40,358 nt of DNA from a virus (lineage: Duplodnaviria > Heunggongvirae > Uroviricota > Caudoviricetes). Positions 1 to 10,862 of this stretch are shown here, piece after piece. Positions within the stretch are counted from its first letter, which is position 1; every line of letters starts with the position of its first letter. The stretch lies in the IMG/VR virus record IMGVR_UViG_2877953467_000003, positions 1 through 40,358 of that record. The stretch is one strand, 5' to 3'. The notes under the pieces are model-generated. The model ran no database searches, had not been told where the DNA came from, and saw only the letters and a list, made by a program, of their open reading frames with translations. The position numbers and the translations under genes were made by a program.

Positions 1-933
1 ATGGACAACGACAAAATTGATCAACACAGCGACGAAATTGAAGTTGAGAGCGAAGAAAAAGAGCGCGGCAAAAAAATAGAAATAGATGAAGACCGACTCC
101 CCTCCCGGGCGATGGCAATTCATGAGCATATCCGCCAGGATGGTGAAAAAGAGCTGGAACGCGACGCAATGGCGCTACTGTGGTCAGCCATTGCGGCGGG
201 TCTGTCGATGGGCGCTTCGTTACTGGCAAAAGGGATATTTCAAGTCGAACTGGAAGGTGTGCCGGGCAGCTTCTTGCTGGAGAATCTCGGTTATACCTTT
301 GGTTTTATTATCGTCATTATGGCCCGCCAGCAATTATTTACCGAAAATACCGTGACTGCGGTACTACCCGTCATGCAAAAACCGACAATGAGCAACGTCG
401 GCTTACTTATGCGATTATGGGGCGTCGTGCTGCTGGGTAATATTCTCGGGACAGGTATTGCTGCATGGGCATTTGAATATATGCCTATCTTCAATGAAGA
501 AACTCGCGATGCATTTGTCAAAATCGGCATGGATGTGATGAAGAACACCCCCAGCGAGATGTTTGCCAACGCGATCATTTCCGGCTGGCTGATCGCCACT
601 ATGGTTTGGATGTTTCCTGCTGCGGGTGCGGCAAAGATTGTGGTGATTATATTGATGACCTGGCTTATTGCACTGGGTGACACCACCCACATCGTTGTCG
701 GTTCTGTTGAAATCCTCTATCTGGTGTTTAACGGCACGCTGCACTGGAGCGATTTCATCTGGCCCTTCGCACTACCTACTTTAGCCGGGAACATCTGCGG
801 CGGCACCTTTATCTTCGCGTTAATGAGTCATGCACAGATTCGTAACGACATGAGCAACAAGCGTAAAGCAGAAGCACGCCAAAAAGCAGAACGTGCGGAA
901 AACATTAAGAAAAATGATAAAAACCCAGCATAA
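1..933 (+). CDS. yfdC: Formate/nitrite transporter family inner membrane protein YfdC
   Basis: 310 aa polytopic membrane protein recognised as E. coli YfdC; lies immediately upstream of argW as in K-12. Confidence 0.8.
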   Translation: MDNDKIDQHSDEIEVESEEKERGKKIEIDEDRLPSRAMAIHEHIRQDGEKELERDAMALLWSAIAAGLSMGASLLAKGIFQVELEGVPGSFLLENLGYTFGFIIVIMARQQLFTENTVTAVLPVMQKPTMSNVGLLMRLWGVVLLGNILGTGIAAWAFEYMPIFNEETRDAFVKIGMDVMKNTPSEMFANAIISGWLIATMVWMFPAAGAAKIVVIILMTWLIALGDTTHIVVGSVEILYLVFNGTLHWSDFIWPFALPTLAGNICGGTFIFALMSHAQIRNDMSNKRKAEARQKAERAENIKKNDKNPA

Positions 934-1008
934 ATGGCGAGGGTTTAAGCAATCGAGCGGCAGCGTACTTACCCCGCAGTCCATTAGCGGGTATACTCAT
1001 GCCGCATT

Positions 1009-1083
1009 GTCCTCTTAGTTAAATGGATATAACGAGCCCCTCCTAAGGGCTAATTGCAGGTTCGATTCCTGCAGGGGACACCA
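1009..1083 (+). tRNA. argW: tRNA-Arg (anticodon CCU)
   Basis: 75 nt cloverleaf read from sequence: acceptor GTCCTCT/AGGGGAC, anticodon loop CTCCTAA, T-arm GCAGG-TTCGATT-CCTGC, 3' CCA. Confidence 0.9.
1069..1083 (+). repeat. attL core (15 bp direct repeat CTGCAGGGGACACCA at tRNA 3' end)
   Basis: Exact copy found again at 38655-38669; the two copies bracket all phage genes. Confidence 0.7.
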
Positions 1084-1244
1084 TTTGTCAGTTCGCTCCC
1101 ATCCGTACCAGTCCGCAAAATCCCCTGAATATCAAGCCTTCCGTATATTCACGGTTCGTCATGGTTCGCTTCAGATCGTTGACAGCCGCACTCCATGACG
1201 GGTAAAAAGTGGATAAAATAATTTTACCCACCGGATTTTTACCC

Positions 1245-2402
1245 ATGCTCACCGTTAAGCAGATTGAAGCAGCAAAGCCGAAAGAAAAACCATACCGCCT
1301 TCTCGATGGTAATGGCCTATACCTTTATGTCCCTGTATCAGGGAAAAAGGTATGGCAGCTTCGCTACAAGATTGACGGTAAGGAGAAAATCCTGACTGTA
1401 GGAAAATATCCGCTAATGACTTTGCAGGAGGCAAGAGATAAAGCATGGACCGCGAGGAAAGACATCTCGGTTGGCATCGATCCGGTAAAAGCGAAAAAGG
1501 CTTCGTCTAAGAACAATTCCTTTAGTGCGATTTACAAGGAATGGTACGAGCACAAGAAGCAAGTCTGGTCAGTAGGCTATGCAACTGAACTTGCAAAAAT
1601 GTTTGATGACGACATTTTACCTATCATCGGCGGCCTTGAAATTCAGGATATTGAGCCGATGCAACTGCTGGAAGTAATCCGCAGATTTGAAGATCGCGGT
1701 GCAATGGAGCGAGCCAACAAAGCCCGCAGAAGATGCGGCGAGGTTTTCCGTTACGCTATTGTCACCGGAAGGGCTAAATATAACCCGGCACCTGACCTTG
1801 CTGACGCCATGAAGGGATACCGCAAGAAGAACTTCCCGTTTCTTCCTGCAGACCAGATCCCTGCATTCAACAAAGCACTGGCAACATTTTCAGGAAGCAT
1901 CGTATCGCTCATTGCGACCAAAGTTTTACGCTACACAGCCCTAAGAACGAAAGAGCTTCGTTCCATGCAATGGAAGAACGTCGATTTTGAAAACAGGATT
2001 ATCACTATCGACGCCAGTGTGATGAAGGGCCGCAAGATTCATGTTGTTCCTATGTCAGACCAGGTGGTTGAACTTCTCACTACGCTAAGCTCCATCACCA
2101 AACCAGTCTCAGAGTTTGTTTTTGCCGGGCGCAACGATAAGAAAAAGCCAATTTGCGAGAACGCGGTGCTACTTGTGATCAAACAAATCGGCTATGAGGG
2201 TCTGGAAAGCGGTCACGGATTCAGGCATGAATTCAGCACGATTATGAACGAGCACGAATGGCCTGCTGATGCTATTGAAGTGCAACTGGCACATGCCAAC
2301 GGCGGATCTGTGCGCGGGATTTACAACCATGCTCAGTATCTCGATAAACGCAGAGAAATGATGCAATGGTGGGCGGACTGGATTGATGAAAAGGTGGAGT
2401 GA
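1245..2402 (+). CDS. intS: Tyrosine-type phage integrase (KplE1/CPS-53 IntS-like)
   Basis: Adjacent to argW; N-terminus MLTVKQIEAAKPKEKPYRLLDGNGLYLYVP typical of P4/IntS-family integrases; ORF track gives 1209 as the earliest ATG, 1245 is the likely start. Confidence 0.88.
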   Translation: MLTVKQIEAAKPKEKPYRLLDGNGLYLYVPVSGKKVWQLRYKIDGKEKILTVGKYPLMTLQEARDKAWTARKDISVGIDPVKAKKASSKNNSFSAIYKEWYEHKKQVWSVGYATELAKMFDDDILPIIGGLEIQDIEPMQLLEVIRRFEDRGAMERANKARRRCGEVFRYAIVTGRAKYNPAPDLADAMKGYRKKNFPFLPADQIPAFNKALATFSGSIVSLIATKVLRYTALRTKELRSMQWKNVDFENRIITIDASVMKGRKIHVVPMSDQVVELLTTLSSITKPVSEFVFAGRNDKKKPICENAVLLVIKQIGYEGLESGHGFRHEFSTIMNEHEWPADAIEVQLAHANGGSVRGIYNHAQYLDKRREMMQWWADWIDEKVE

Positions 2403-2464
2403 TCCGCCTTAACCATTATCGAAGGGCACAAAGCCTTGCAATCCAGTGCAAAGCTTTGTGTGTA

Positions 2465-2899
2465 TCAGTTTAGTGGGGATGCGGGTAACGGCTGGCTTCC
2501 ATCCTCTCCCCTGATATATGCCCGTAACGCTATCCGGTAACGGGTCCATGCTTCTAACTCCACTTTCACCGCATTTTCTGTTGTCCCTGCGTAATCCGAA
2601 TCTTCTATCTGCTCGTTCAGTGCAGTGATTTTTGCCGTTGCCACATTGTACGCAGCCTGCGCCAGTGCCAGGTTTTGTGCTGCAAGGTCTTCTGCCGTTT
2701 GTTCAGGTTCAGGAGGTGGGATAAATACGCCATTTGCATATGACCATCCGATGCCCGGTGTTGGGGCTGATGTTCCATCCCCGGATTGAGCAATCTGAAT
2801 TGCTATCTGATTACCGCCAAATCCAATCGCCGTTTCACCATCCCAGACAATGACGTTTACGACAGTGCCATTTTCAATTACTGCATATGTCTTGCTCAT
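2465..2899 (-). CDS. Tail fiber assembly protein (Tfa)
   Basis: MSKTYAVIENGTVVNVIVWDG N-terminus typical of Tfa chaperones; directly downstream of the tail fiber gene. Maximal ORF extends to 2914. Confidence 0.8.
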   Translation of the reverse strand: MSKTYAVIENGTVVNVIVWDGETAIGFGGNQIAIQIAQSGDGTSAPTPGIGWSYANGVFIPPPEPEQTAEDLAAQNLALAQAAYNVATAKITALNEQIEDSDYAGTTENAVKVELEAWTRYRIALRAYIRGEDGSQPLPASPLN

Positions 2900-2903
2900 C
2901 TTA

Positions 2904-3797
2904 TCACCATTCAATTATCACAATACCCGGAGCCCCATTGCCGCCGCTGCCGCCAGGTGATGCATCACCACCGCCCATTGCCGCATTACCGTATTTTCCC
3001 CCGCCACCACCTCCGCCAGCACCATATCCATACGCATCAGCGCCGTTCGCCACCGGGTCAGATTTCGTAATAGCCCGACCGTTTCCACCACCACCGCCAA
3101 ATGGGGAGCTGCTGCCAAATCCACCTGCTGCAGTTCCTGCTGTTAAAATACCATCCCCGCCCGTCGCCGCCATTGGATAGCCACTGCCTCCTGTTCCCCC
3201 TGCAATTGTTGCGCCCGGTGTGGGTGTGTTAAGTCCACCATTTCCACCTTTGCCGCCTGTCAGTGTTACCAGACTGCCAATAATCGTATTTCCTCCATCT
3301 GTTCCATTACCGCCCGCCCCGACTGATGCAGATGCGCCTATTCCGGCAGCGCCTATAGTGACCGGGATTGATGTTCCTGCTGCGACGGTAAATTTCTTTT
3401 TGATGATTGACTGTCCGGCACCTCCACCGCCGCCTCCTCCTCCGTAATAAGTGGTATCACCTCCACCGCCACCACCGCCGCCACCACCGCCAGCACAGGC
3501 AGTCACATAAATCTCGGTAACCCCATCAGGGATTGTTATCGTCTGTGAAGATGACACAACGACGAAACGGTTATGGCTTATGCAACGGATCGCTGTTAAT
3601 AACTGGTCGTGACGGGATTTATCCAGGCTGGCACCTGACGCCTCCACCACGCTGCAAAGCTCTTCCTGCAACATATCAAAGTAGTCATCATCCAGATCGG
3701 TGGCAGGTGTGCCGGTCTGGGGGTTACCACGGGTAAAACCGTTCTTACCCGCGCCGAACTTATCCTTCTGCGCGGTTTTCGTGTCTATACGATGCAT
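2904..3797 (-). CDS. Tail fiber protein with glycine-rich shaft
   Basis: Conserved tail fiber N-terminus followed by long poly-Gly/GGxGG runs; occupies the Mu gp49 (S) position after the baseplate genes. Confidence 0.7.
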   Translation of the reverse strand: MHRIDTKTAQKDKFGAGKNGFTRGNPQTGTPATDLDDDYFDMLQEELCSVVEASGASLDKSRHDQLLTAIRCISHNRFVVVSSSQTITIPDGVTEIYVTACAGGGGGGGGGGGDTTYYGGGGGGGGAGQSIIKKKFTVAAGTSIPVTIGAAGIGASASVGAGGNGTDGGNTIIGSLVTLTGGKGGNGGLNTPTPGATIAGGTGGSGYPMAATGGDGILTAGTAAGGFGSSSPFGGGGGNGRAITKSDPVANGADAYGYGAGGGGGGGKYGNAAMGGGDASPGGSGGNGAPGIVIIEW

Positions 3798-3800
3798 GGA

Positions 3801-4385
3801 TTACTCCGGATATTTAAAAATTACGTAGGTATGCGAAGGGCAGAGTTTGTTAAGCACGCACTCGACAACGGTGTCGCCCCAGATACGCAGTGCGGAATCA
3901 CAGGGATCGCCACATGTCATCCAGGTGATGTTGGTGGCGGCTGGCATGTTGACCTGCCAGTAATACCGCCATTCCGGCGCATTCACTGCGTCAGTACAGG
4001 CCGATGAGCAGGTGAACGTGCTTTTATCGTATCGCGTGATAGTGGCGTCTGGTCTGCCCAGGGCAGCAAGCTGTGCAAGATAAAAATCCTCATTGATGCC
4101 GCCCGCCAGATTAACCTTCGCATCCAGCCGTTGCTGACGCTGGCGAAGGGTCTGTGTCCCTGCGGGAATACATTCATCCGGCAGACCGCACAGACGCTCC
4201 CAGCGGTTTATCAGTTCAGTGGTGGTGCGCGGATCCAGCTCCCGCATCAGGGCATCCGCACGCTGATGAACACGGGTTAATGAAGGTGCCGCACCGGCAA
4301 TCGCCGGATCGCTGGCTGACCACGCCGGACCGGGTGGCAACAGTGCCGACAACAGGCGGATGTAATCATCGTTTGTCACGTCCAT
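3801..4385 (-). CDS. Mu gp48-like tail protein (DUF2313/YmfQ family)
   Basis: Position and sequence character consistent with Mu gp48 family, between baseplate J and tail fiber. Confidence 0.65.
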   Translation of the reverse strand: MDVTNDDYIRLLSALLPPGPAWSASDPAIAGAAPSLTRVHQRADALMRELDPRTTTELINRWERLCGLPDECIPAGTQTLRQRQQRLDAKVNLAGGINEDFYLAQLAALGRPDATITRYDKSTFTCSSACTDAVNAPEWRYYWQVNMPAATNITWMTCGDPCDSALRIWGDTVVECVLNKLCPSHTYVIFKYPE

Positions 4386-5434
4386 GAAATCGTCCCCAGT
4401 ACCGCCAGTTCATTTTTCGCAATGGAGATATTGTCCGCCGGTGCCAGCAACTGATGGCTGTATTCCCCGTTCGCACCGGAAATCGCCTCACTGATACGTG
4501 ACACCTTCAGTTCTCCCTGCGGATAACCATCACGCAGCAAAAACGAACGTAACTCCGCGGTGATGGCAGCCCGTATTTCCGGTGTGTCCGGCGTCACATG
4601 GATATGAAAATCCACCGTATGCGCCACCGGCCTGAACACATACAAATCAGAGCCTGCCACCGGGGCCAGTGGCTCGATATGTTGTCTTGCCGCCGTTTCC
4701 GTTGATTCTTCCGGAATGGGATTAATCAGGTCACTGCTGGCAATCATCACACCGACAGTCCCCGTTCCCATCCAGTGACGGTATGTCCATGCGCGGGTAA
4801 TGCCGGGCACTTCTTTAGCCCAGACGACATAGTCCCCGTCAGCCCCGCCCTGCGGCGTCCAGTAATACCGCTCAATGACGCGGGCGCGCCACGTTTCCAG
4901 CTCTTCAGTATCAAATCCGCCTGTAAGGGTGTCAGCCACACCGGAAGACGGCAGACCATTCACCGGCGTGACCAGGATTAATGCCGTACCGTCGTCAGCG
5001 TTACCGACCGCACCTGCACTTGAGCAGGCGATCGGCACGCGCAGGACACCACCGGAGCTGGTTGCATCGGCAGTTGCCGTGTACTGAACCAGGTCATCGC
5101 GCTGAATAACACTCCCGGCGGTCACCTTCAGGCCATCGCTGACACCTTCCCAGCGCATATACCCGCTGGCAGCCGTGGCCCCCTTGCGCGGACACCGTTT
5201 CATCGCAGCATGTCGCGCCAGCCAGGACTCATCGCACAGGTCAGGCAGCATATTCATTGCCAGATAATCGATGTACCCGTAAACCGTATGCAGCGCCGCC
5301 GCATACACCTTTGCCCGCACGTCTTCATCCATGCGCCGGAGCGTGTCGCTGACGTCCAGCCTGGCGAATAAATCGTTACGGAGCATACTGATATTTTCTG
5401 CCAGCGTCGGGCGCTGAAATTCACTGTCCGCCAT
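4376..5434 (-). CDS. Baseplate J-like protein (Mu gp47-like)
   Basis: 352 aa; synteny within the Mu-like baseplate cluster. Confidence 0.7.
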   Translation of the reverse strand: MADSEFQRPTLAENISMLRNDLFARLDVSDTLRRMDEDVRAKVYAAALHTVYGYIDYLAMNMLPDLCDESWLARHAAMKRCPRKGATAASGYMRWEGVSDGLKVTAGSVIQRDDLVQYTATADATSSGGVLRVPIACSSAGAVGNADDGTALILVTPVNGLPSSGVADTLTGGFDTEELETWRARVIERYYWTPQGGADGDYVVWAKEVPGITRAWTYRHWMGTGTVGVMIASSDLINPIPEESTETAARQHIEPLAPVAGSDLYVFRPVAHTVDFHIHVTPDTPEIRAAITAELRSFLLRDGYPQGELKVSRISEAISGANGEYSHQLLAPADNISIAKNELAVLGTISWT

Positions 5435-5849
5435 GCGTTATCGCACTCCACAGATCATCAAAAGAAATCATTACCGGTCCGTCACGACGCCAGAGAGTGA
5501 TACTGTTACCCAGCTCATTAATCCCGGTGCGGCGGATATCCAGATCAATACGGGACACCACGCCGTCATCAATCATCCATTGCAGGCATTCGCGGATATA
5601 CCCCCTTACCGTCTGCACCAGCTGATTGGTCAGTTTGCTGCGCTGAAGCAGCCACAGTCGGGAGCCGTAACGGTCATTCTGTACCGCAGGCCAGGTATCC
5701 CCCCACCATCCCATCGGGACATCGGCGTTGTCATCAGGCTCCGCCCGCCGCCAGGTAAACAGGGAAATCACCACGGCGCGGGTCAGCGGATCCAGCTGTG
5801 CGCTGGCGCAGGTGCGTTTACCGTTCACCGTCAGCCACAGTTCCATCAT
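5421..5849 (-). CDS. Baseplate protein (Mu gp46-like, gpW/gp25-like)
   Basis: 142 aa; synteny between the spike and J-like genes. Confidence 0.6.
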   Translation of the reverse strand: MMELWLTVNGKRTCASAQLDPLTRAVVISLFTWRRAEPDDNADVPMGWWGDTWPAVQNDRYGSRLWLLQRSKLTNQLVQTVRGYIRECLQWMIDDGVVSRIDLDIRRTGINELGNSITLWRRDGPVMISFDDLWSAITHGGQ

Positions 5850-6394
5850 GCCTCCATCGCTTTATCAGGTTTGTCGGTGTTACTGCCCTGACCGTTCTCT
5901 CTGTGACGATGCCCGTTATAGGCAAGCCGCATCGCTGACATGGTGGTACCGCTGGAGTCGCACAGGTCTTTCACCTGTCCTGTCACTTCCAGGTCCATTT
6001 CAAAACGTGCTTTAGGTGAATTGCGAAACGTGATCGTTTTACCTGCACCGTCCACCACGATCCCCTCCCGGGTCAGCGTCACGGACTGCCCCTGATCGTC
6101 ATAGACAGCCACCTCACCCGTCTGCAGCCCTTTCAGGCGGTAGCGCCGGTCCGACACCGTAACAACCACCGCATGAGAACGGTCGCCATCCGGAAACAAC
6201 ACCACCGCTTCCGCACCGCTGTTTGCCCTTGCGGTAAAACCATAGGGTTCAAGATGTTCAACCCCGGCTTTGGGTTCACCGGCAATCAGGGACACATCCA
6301 CGGTCTGGCATTTCGTGGCGGCACTGATGCTTTTCACCACTGCCCGCCCAATCAGGCCGAGAAGTTGTCGCTGCATGGCTTCAATCGTCCTCAT
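5846..6394 (-). CDS. Baseplate assembly protein V / spike (Mu gp45-like)
   Basis: 182 aa; synteny; start overlaps the stop of the upstream gene. Confidence 0.65.
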   Translation of the reverse strand: MRTIEAMQRQLLGLIGRAVVKSISAATKCQTVDVSLIAGEPKAGVEHLEPYGFTARANSGAEAVVLFPDGDRSHAVVVTVSDRRYRLKGLQTGEVAVYDDQGQSVTLTREGIVVDGAGKTITFRNSPKARFEMDLEVTGQVKDLCDSSGTTMSAMRLAYNGHRHRENGQGSNTDKPDKAMEA

Positions 6395-7473
6395 CAGAAC
6401 GGGTCCTCCTGTACTCTGGCTTTTTTCTTTTTCCGCGCGCCGGGAGCTTCGGGTTCAGGCAGATAAGCATCAGGCGGGCCGACACGGATTTCCGTCAGGG
6501 TGCCGTTCTGGTCCTGAGTAAACGTGACTTCCGAGACAAGCAGTTCGGTATTGTCGAAACCACAGACCGGATCGAAGACAATCACCCGCTGGTTGGGCTG
6601 CCACAGCGTACCGTTACCCTGTCGCCAGCCCTGCACCACATAGGTGGTTTCATCCGTCCGCGCCGCCCGTTGTCGGGCTTCAAAGTCCGCACGGGCAATA
6701 CAGCCTGCCCCCGTAGCCTGCCCTGTCTGCCTGATATACATCGGACGGTAACGGGCAATAAATGCGTCCTCTGTGCGGGCCCGCAGCGCGGTGGTGGTGG
6801 CCTCACCGAAATCATCGTCGTTTCCGGCACGCTGCCCCGCCACCTGGTAAACAGAAAACCGCTCCCGGATACTCTTCTCCGTATCGCAGGAAAGGATGTT
6901 TTCCCCGAGTACCAGCGCAGTATGTGCCCGCGTTGAGCCAATACCGCCAATCACCAGCCTGCCGTGCGGGTCGTCGTAAGCCAGTGCCTGCTGCTGACCG
7001 AGTATTTTGTTGATTACCTCAATCACCGTTTCACCGTGATCAGGCTGAACATCAGGAATAACACCCGACGGCGCACCGCTGTTCACCACCTCAATGCCGA
7101 AAGGCGCAGCAAGCGCCTGCGCAATCTGCACCAGCGAGCGTCCGTTAAACTGTGTCGGTTCAGCTGCACAGTCAATCAGGTCAGCCGTCAGACTACGTCC
7201 GGCAATACCGGTGCTGACCGAACGGGCATCGTAACGAACGGGAGTCGCCTCCACCCAGCCGGTGATCACCAGCTCATCACCAATCAGCACTTCCACTTTT
7301 GAACCGTTTTTAATGCGCGGCTGAAGCGTGGTGATACCCTCATCTCCCGGCCACTGGCGAGTGATCTCCACACTGAAATCCCGCGCCAGCCGTTCAATAC
7401 CGGCACCGATGCGCACCGATGTCCAGCCATTCCACTCCCGGCCATTTACCCGTAGCGTGACATTGTCGTTCAT
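6394..7473 (-). CDS. Baseplate hub / late control D-like protein (Mu gp44 P-like)
   Basis: 359 aa; synteny after the DNA circularization gene. Confidence 0.65.
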   Translation of the reverse strand: MNDNVTLRVNGREWNGWTSVRIGAGIERLARDFSVEITRQWPGDEGITTLQPRIKNGSKVEVLIGDELVITGWVEATPVRYDARSVSTGIAGRSLTADLIDCAAEPTQFNGRSLVQIAQALAAPFGIEVVNSGAPSGVIPDVQPDHGETVIEVINKILGQQQALAYDDPHGRLVIGGIGSTRAHTALVLGENILSCDTEKSIRERFSVYQVAGQRAGNDDDFGEATTTALRARTEDAFIARYRPMYIRQTGQATGAGCIARADFEARQRAARTDETTYVVQGWRQGNGTLWQPNQRVIVFDPVCGFDNTELLVSEVTFTQDQNGTLTEIRVGPPDAYLPEPEAPGARKKKKARVQEDPF

Positions 7474-8846
7474 TGCACTGGCACCTTCAGAGGGATCACC
7501 GGCACAAAGCCGGGATGCGTAATGGCATTACGCCGGATAATGTCCGCGTCACGCGCCGCGTTATCAAACCAGGTCGCCGCCAGCACCAGCGCGGGTAAAA
7601 CCTCATCCGGTGTGCGCTGAATGATCCGTGCAGACTGTTCAAGGCGCGTGTTGATATCCGCATTCAGATCTGCTTTCACCCGGCGCAGCGCCAGAAACAG
7701 CGCATCACTGGTTGTACGGGACAACTCCTTATCAATTGCCGTATTCAGTGTGTCACGAATGTCAGTCAGTTCTTCCCACGTCGGCAGGTCAACCGTGTTT
7801 TTCACCGCCGGTGCATTGTTCAGTGCCGGATGCGTGACGGAAGGCCAGCCAGTGCTCTGCGCAGGTGTTGTTGCCTGCCCCACTGCGGAATTCTGCATCA
7901 CCGCGGAAGTTGTTGGCGCAGGCAATCTGGTGACGGCATACGCCGCTTCACTGATTGCGGTCGTACGAAGGGTGCTGGCAACCACATTACGCTGCTGCGT
8001 AGCCGTGGCGGTGGTTTTACTGTCCGTTTTCCAGACGCCGCGCGGTTGCAGATCGCTGCCGAGGCTGACACCGGAAAGCGTTTTGATCATGGTGACCAGG
8101 TCGCTGGCGTTACCATAAAGGCGTTTCCCGGTACGCCACATTTTCTGCACCTGCTCAACGAGATTTTTGCCTGACGATGGTGGCGGCAGAAGTACCGAGA
8201 TATCCCCCTGCAACAGCCTGGCAGCATCCGATACGGCAGAATCCACCACTTTCATCGCATCAGAAACATACCCAAGCATTGTGCTGACATTACCAACGAC
8301 GTCGTTCTGCACGAAATCCGCCACGCCATCGATACTGAAACCTCTGAAGCTGTCACTGATGCAATCATCCAGTGCAGAACAGGATGACATCAGCGTCTGC
8401 GCCGTCGCCGCACCTGAAGTGGGGTAAGAGAGTTCTCCCGCTTCGACAAACTTCAGGTCAAAGCGGACAATACGCCCTTCACTCTTCGATGTGCTGACCC
8501 GAACTTCTCCGTCAACACAGACTTTCAGCTCACCGTATGTCGGATGGACAAGCGTGCCGGGACCGGGTTTATTCAGCGCGTCAATCAGGCGATCGCGCTG
8601 GTCAAAGCAGTCATCTCCCACCACATAAGCCGTGATGGACGGGCGAAAAGTGATTTTCCCCAGGTCTTCGGTATAGGGTTTGTCGCGGTTCGGGTATTCA
8701 TGTGTTTCCACACGGCGACCGGTTCCCGCACTTTCTTCTTCAACCTTAAACGGCACGCCGCGAAATGACGCGTCCTGAAGTCTGTCACGCCAGCCTGAAG
8801 ACGACGAAAGTAATGAAGGTCGGGTGGGAAATGAGGATAAATCCAT
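7470..8846 (-). CDS. DNA circularization protein N (Mu gp43-like)
   Basis: 458 aa; immediately downstream of the tape measure gene as in Mu-like tails. Confidence 0.65.
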   Translation of the reverse strand: MDLSSFPTRPSLLSSSSGWRDRLQDASFRGVPFKVEEESAGTGRRVETHEYPNRDKPYTEDLGKITFRPSITAYVVGDDCFDQRDRLIDALNKPGPGTLVHPTYGELKVCVDGEVRVSTSKSEGRIVRFDLKFVEAGELSYPTSGAATAQTLMSSCSALDDCISDSFRGFSIDGVADFVQNDVVGNVSTMLGYVSDAMKVVDSAVSDAARLLQGDISVLLPPPSSGKNLVEQVQKMWRTGKRLYGNASDLVTMIKTLSGVSLGSDLQPRGVWKTDSKTTATATQQRNVVASTLRTTAISEAAYAVTRLPAPTTSAVMQNSAVGQATTPAQSTGWPSVTHPALNNAPAVKNTVDLPTWEELTDIRDTLNTAIDKELSRTTSDALFLALRRVKADLNADINTRLEQSARIIQRTPDEVLPALVLAATWFDNAARDADIIRRNAITHPGFVPVIPLKVPVQ

Positions 8847-8870
8847 AGACTGACCTCAAAAAGGACTGCG

Positions 8871-10778
8871 TTATCGTGGAAAACGAAAAGGGGAATACCC
8901 CACATCGTGCGTGATTTTCATCAGGGGATCGGCTTTGCCCGGTACATCAATTATCTTCATACCTGGCGGAGCATTCTCGAACGTGACTTTCAGCTCGCTG
9001 TGCTGTGTCATGGAAGAAGATGGATTCAACAGCGGAACATTGGGTTTGTACTGACTCAGGCTGGCCTGATACTGCTCGTACTCTTTACGATCAAAAAAAG
9101 GCGTCCAGTCTGAAGCCAGAAACAGCCCTTTATTATCCAGCCAGTTAACCGTATCTTCAGGAACAACACTTTCCAGAGTATCTTTAACCGGCTCATACAT
9201 CAGGGTTCCCAGAAAACCATATACCCCGGCCTTCCCGATAAAGCCGCGGCCTTTCCCCATCAATCCCGTTTCTGCCGATACCTTCCCCAGCGTACGCATC
9301 TCTCTGGTCACTGCGGTAATGGATTTGGTAACGTCAGCAACCCATTTGGTTGCCATAAACAGGGCAATCGCTTTCAGAACAGTTTCCCATCCCCCCATCG
9401 CCTGCGCCGTTTCATCCACCACGTGCCAGACTTTTTTTATGACAGGACCTACGGTTTCCCAGTTATCAATAATGAGGTAAGCGCCACCAACCAGAAGAGC
9501 AATCAGCCCCTTAGCAGGCGTCATATTCATCACACCGCCGAGAACTTTCATAATTCTGGACAAAGAGCCTGCAGCGGCTCCCACCGTCAGTAAGGCCAGA
9601 CCGATTTTAGCAATGGTCTTAACGAGCTCCGGGTTTTCACGGACAAACGTTCTCACTTCCTCAAGGAGCGGTTTTACCGCTTCAAGACCATCATTAACCT
9701 CAGGAAGAAACGTTTCCCCCAGCGTGGAAGAAATGGCATCAAGTTGATTTTGCAGAAGTAAAAGCTGGTTTTCCGTCGTCGCTGCCCTCGAAGCATATTC
9801 CTTCTGCATCGAACTGCCATACTGCTGGGAATCCGCAACCCGCCTGAAGTTGGTACGCAACAAATCAAGGTTAGTCAGCAGAGGTGCTATCGCGCCCAGA
9901 GACTCTTTCCCGAACAGGGCATTCAGCACAGCTGCCTGTTTTTCTTTGGGCACTTTAGCCATCGCATCCAGTACAGACAGCATGGTTCCCCGGGCATCTT
10001 TCTGCATATCAGCAGCTAATTTCTTCGGATTGATCCGCAGAAAACGTAATGCCTGTTTCTGCGATTTTGTCGCGGAATTTCCCGCGGTCAGGGAAAGCAT
10101 GAAGTTCTTGATCCCTGTGGCGGCAATTTCTGACTCCACGCCCATCCCGGCAATGGTTGCCCCCATTGCCGCGATTTCGCCGGAAGCCACACCTGCAACA
10201 CCACCTAAAGGACCAATACGCGTAACAATATCGGAGATTTTCTTCGCATTCGCCGGGCCGGTATTACCAAGGTAGTTGATTTTGTCAGCCAGCCCGGCCA
10301 CTTCATCCTGCGTCATATTAAACGCAGTACGCCACTGGGCCATCATCTGCCCGGACTCTTCAGCCGTGGTATCAAAGGCCACGCCCATCTTCACCGCATC
10401 AGTGGCAAACTGCATCAGTTCATCACGTGCAATCCCGGCCTGACCGCCAGCCGCCACAATTTCCGCGATCCCGTCTGCAGACATGGGAAGCTCAGTAGAC
10501 AAAGCGCGTACCTGCTCCGTCATGGCCTTAAACGCATCCGGCGTATCCAGACCGTCCACCACTTTGCGGATATCAGCCATCTTCGATTCAAGGGTGATGG
10601 CTGATTTTACAGGGAGTGCCAGTGCCCCCATTATTGCAGTACCCGCCCCGGCAGCGCCCAGAGCAAGGCTGGAGACTTCTTTCTGAAACCCCTTAAGCTG
10701 ACGCTGCATACCTTTAAGCGGGCCGGACAGCCTGTCAACGGCGGTGATGATGGCTTTCAGCTGAAAATTATCAGCCAT
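8871..10778 (-). CDS. Tail tape measure protein
   Basis: 635 aa, alanine/glycine-rich helical protein with hydrophobic segments; located between tail chaperone and baseplate genes. Confidence 0.85.
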   Translation of the reverse strand: MADNFQLKAIITAVDRLSGPLKGMQRQLKGFQKEVSSLALGAAGAGTAIMGALALPVKSAITLESKMADIRKVVDGLDTPDAFKAMTEQVRALSTELPMSADGIAEIVAAGGQAGIARDELMQFATDAVKMGVAFDTTAEESGQMMAQWRTAFNMTQDEVAGLADKINYLGNTGPANAKKISDIVTRIGPLGGVAGVASGEIAAMGATIAGMGVESEIAATGIKNFMLSLTAGNSATKSQKQALRFLRINPKKLAADMQKDARGTMLSVLDAMAKVPKEKQAAVLNALFGKESLGAIAPLLTNLDLLRTNFRRVADSQQYGSSMQKEYASRAATTENQLLLLQNQLDAISSTLGETFLPEVNDGLEAVKPLLEEVRTFVRENPELVKTIAKIGLALLTVGAAAGSLSRIMKVLGGVMNMTPAKGLIALLVGGAYLIIDNWETVGPVIKKVWHVVDETAQAMGGWETVLKAIALFMATKWVADVTKSITAVTREMRTLGKVSAETGLMGKGRGFIGKAGVYGFLGTLMYEPVKDTLESVVPEDTVNWLDNKGLFLASDWTPFFDRKEYEQYQASLSQYKPNVPLLNPSSSMTQHSELKVTFENAPPGMKIIDVPGKADPLMKITHDVGYSPFRFPR

Positions 10779-10862
10779 GCTTCATCTCCTCATTTATACG
10801 GACGGCCTCTGCCTCCAGATCAGCAAAGTGGGAAATAGCCGTCCGGCGAAGTTCAAGGGGGT

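Noticed and set aside
86-744. Several overlapping ORFs on both strands within yfdC
   Set aside because: Alternate-frame or antisense ORFs inside a well-supported membrane transporter gene.
2786-3447. Plus-strand ORFs (94, 97 and 75 aa) encoding proline-rich peptides
   Set aside because: They are antisense to the Gly-rich tail fiber gene; poly-Pro reading is a mirror artifact of GGN repeats on the coding strand.
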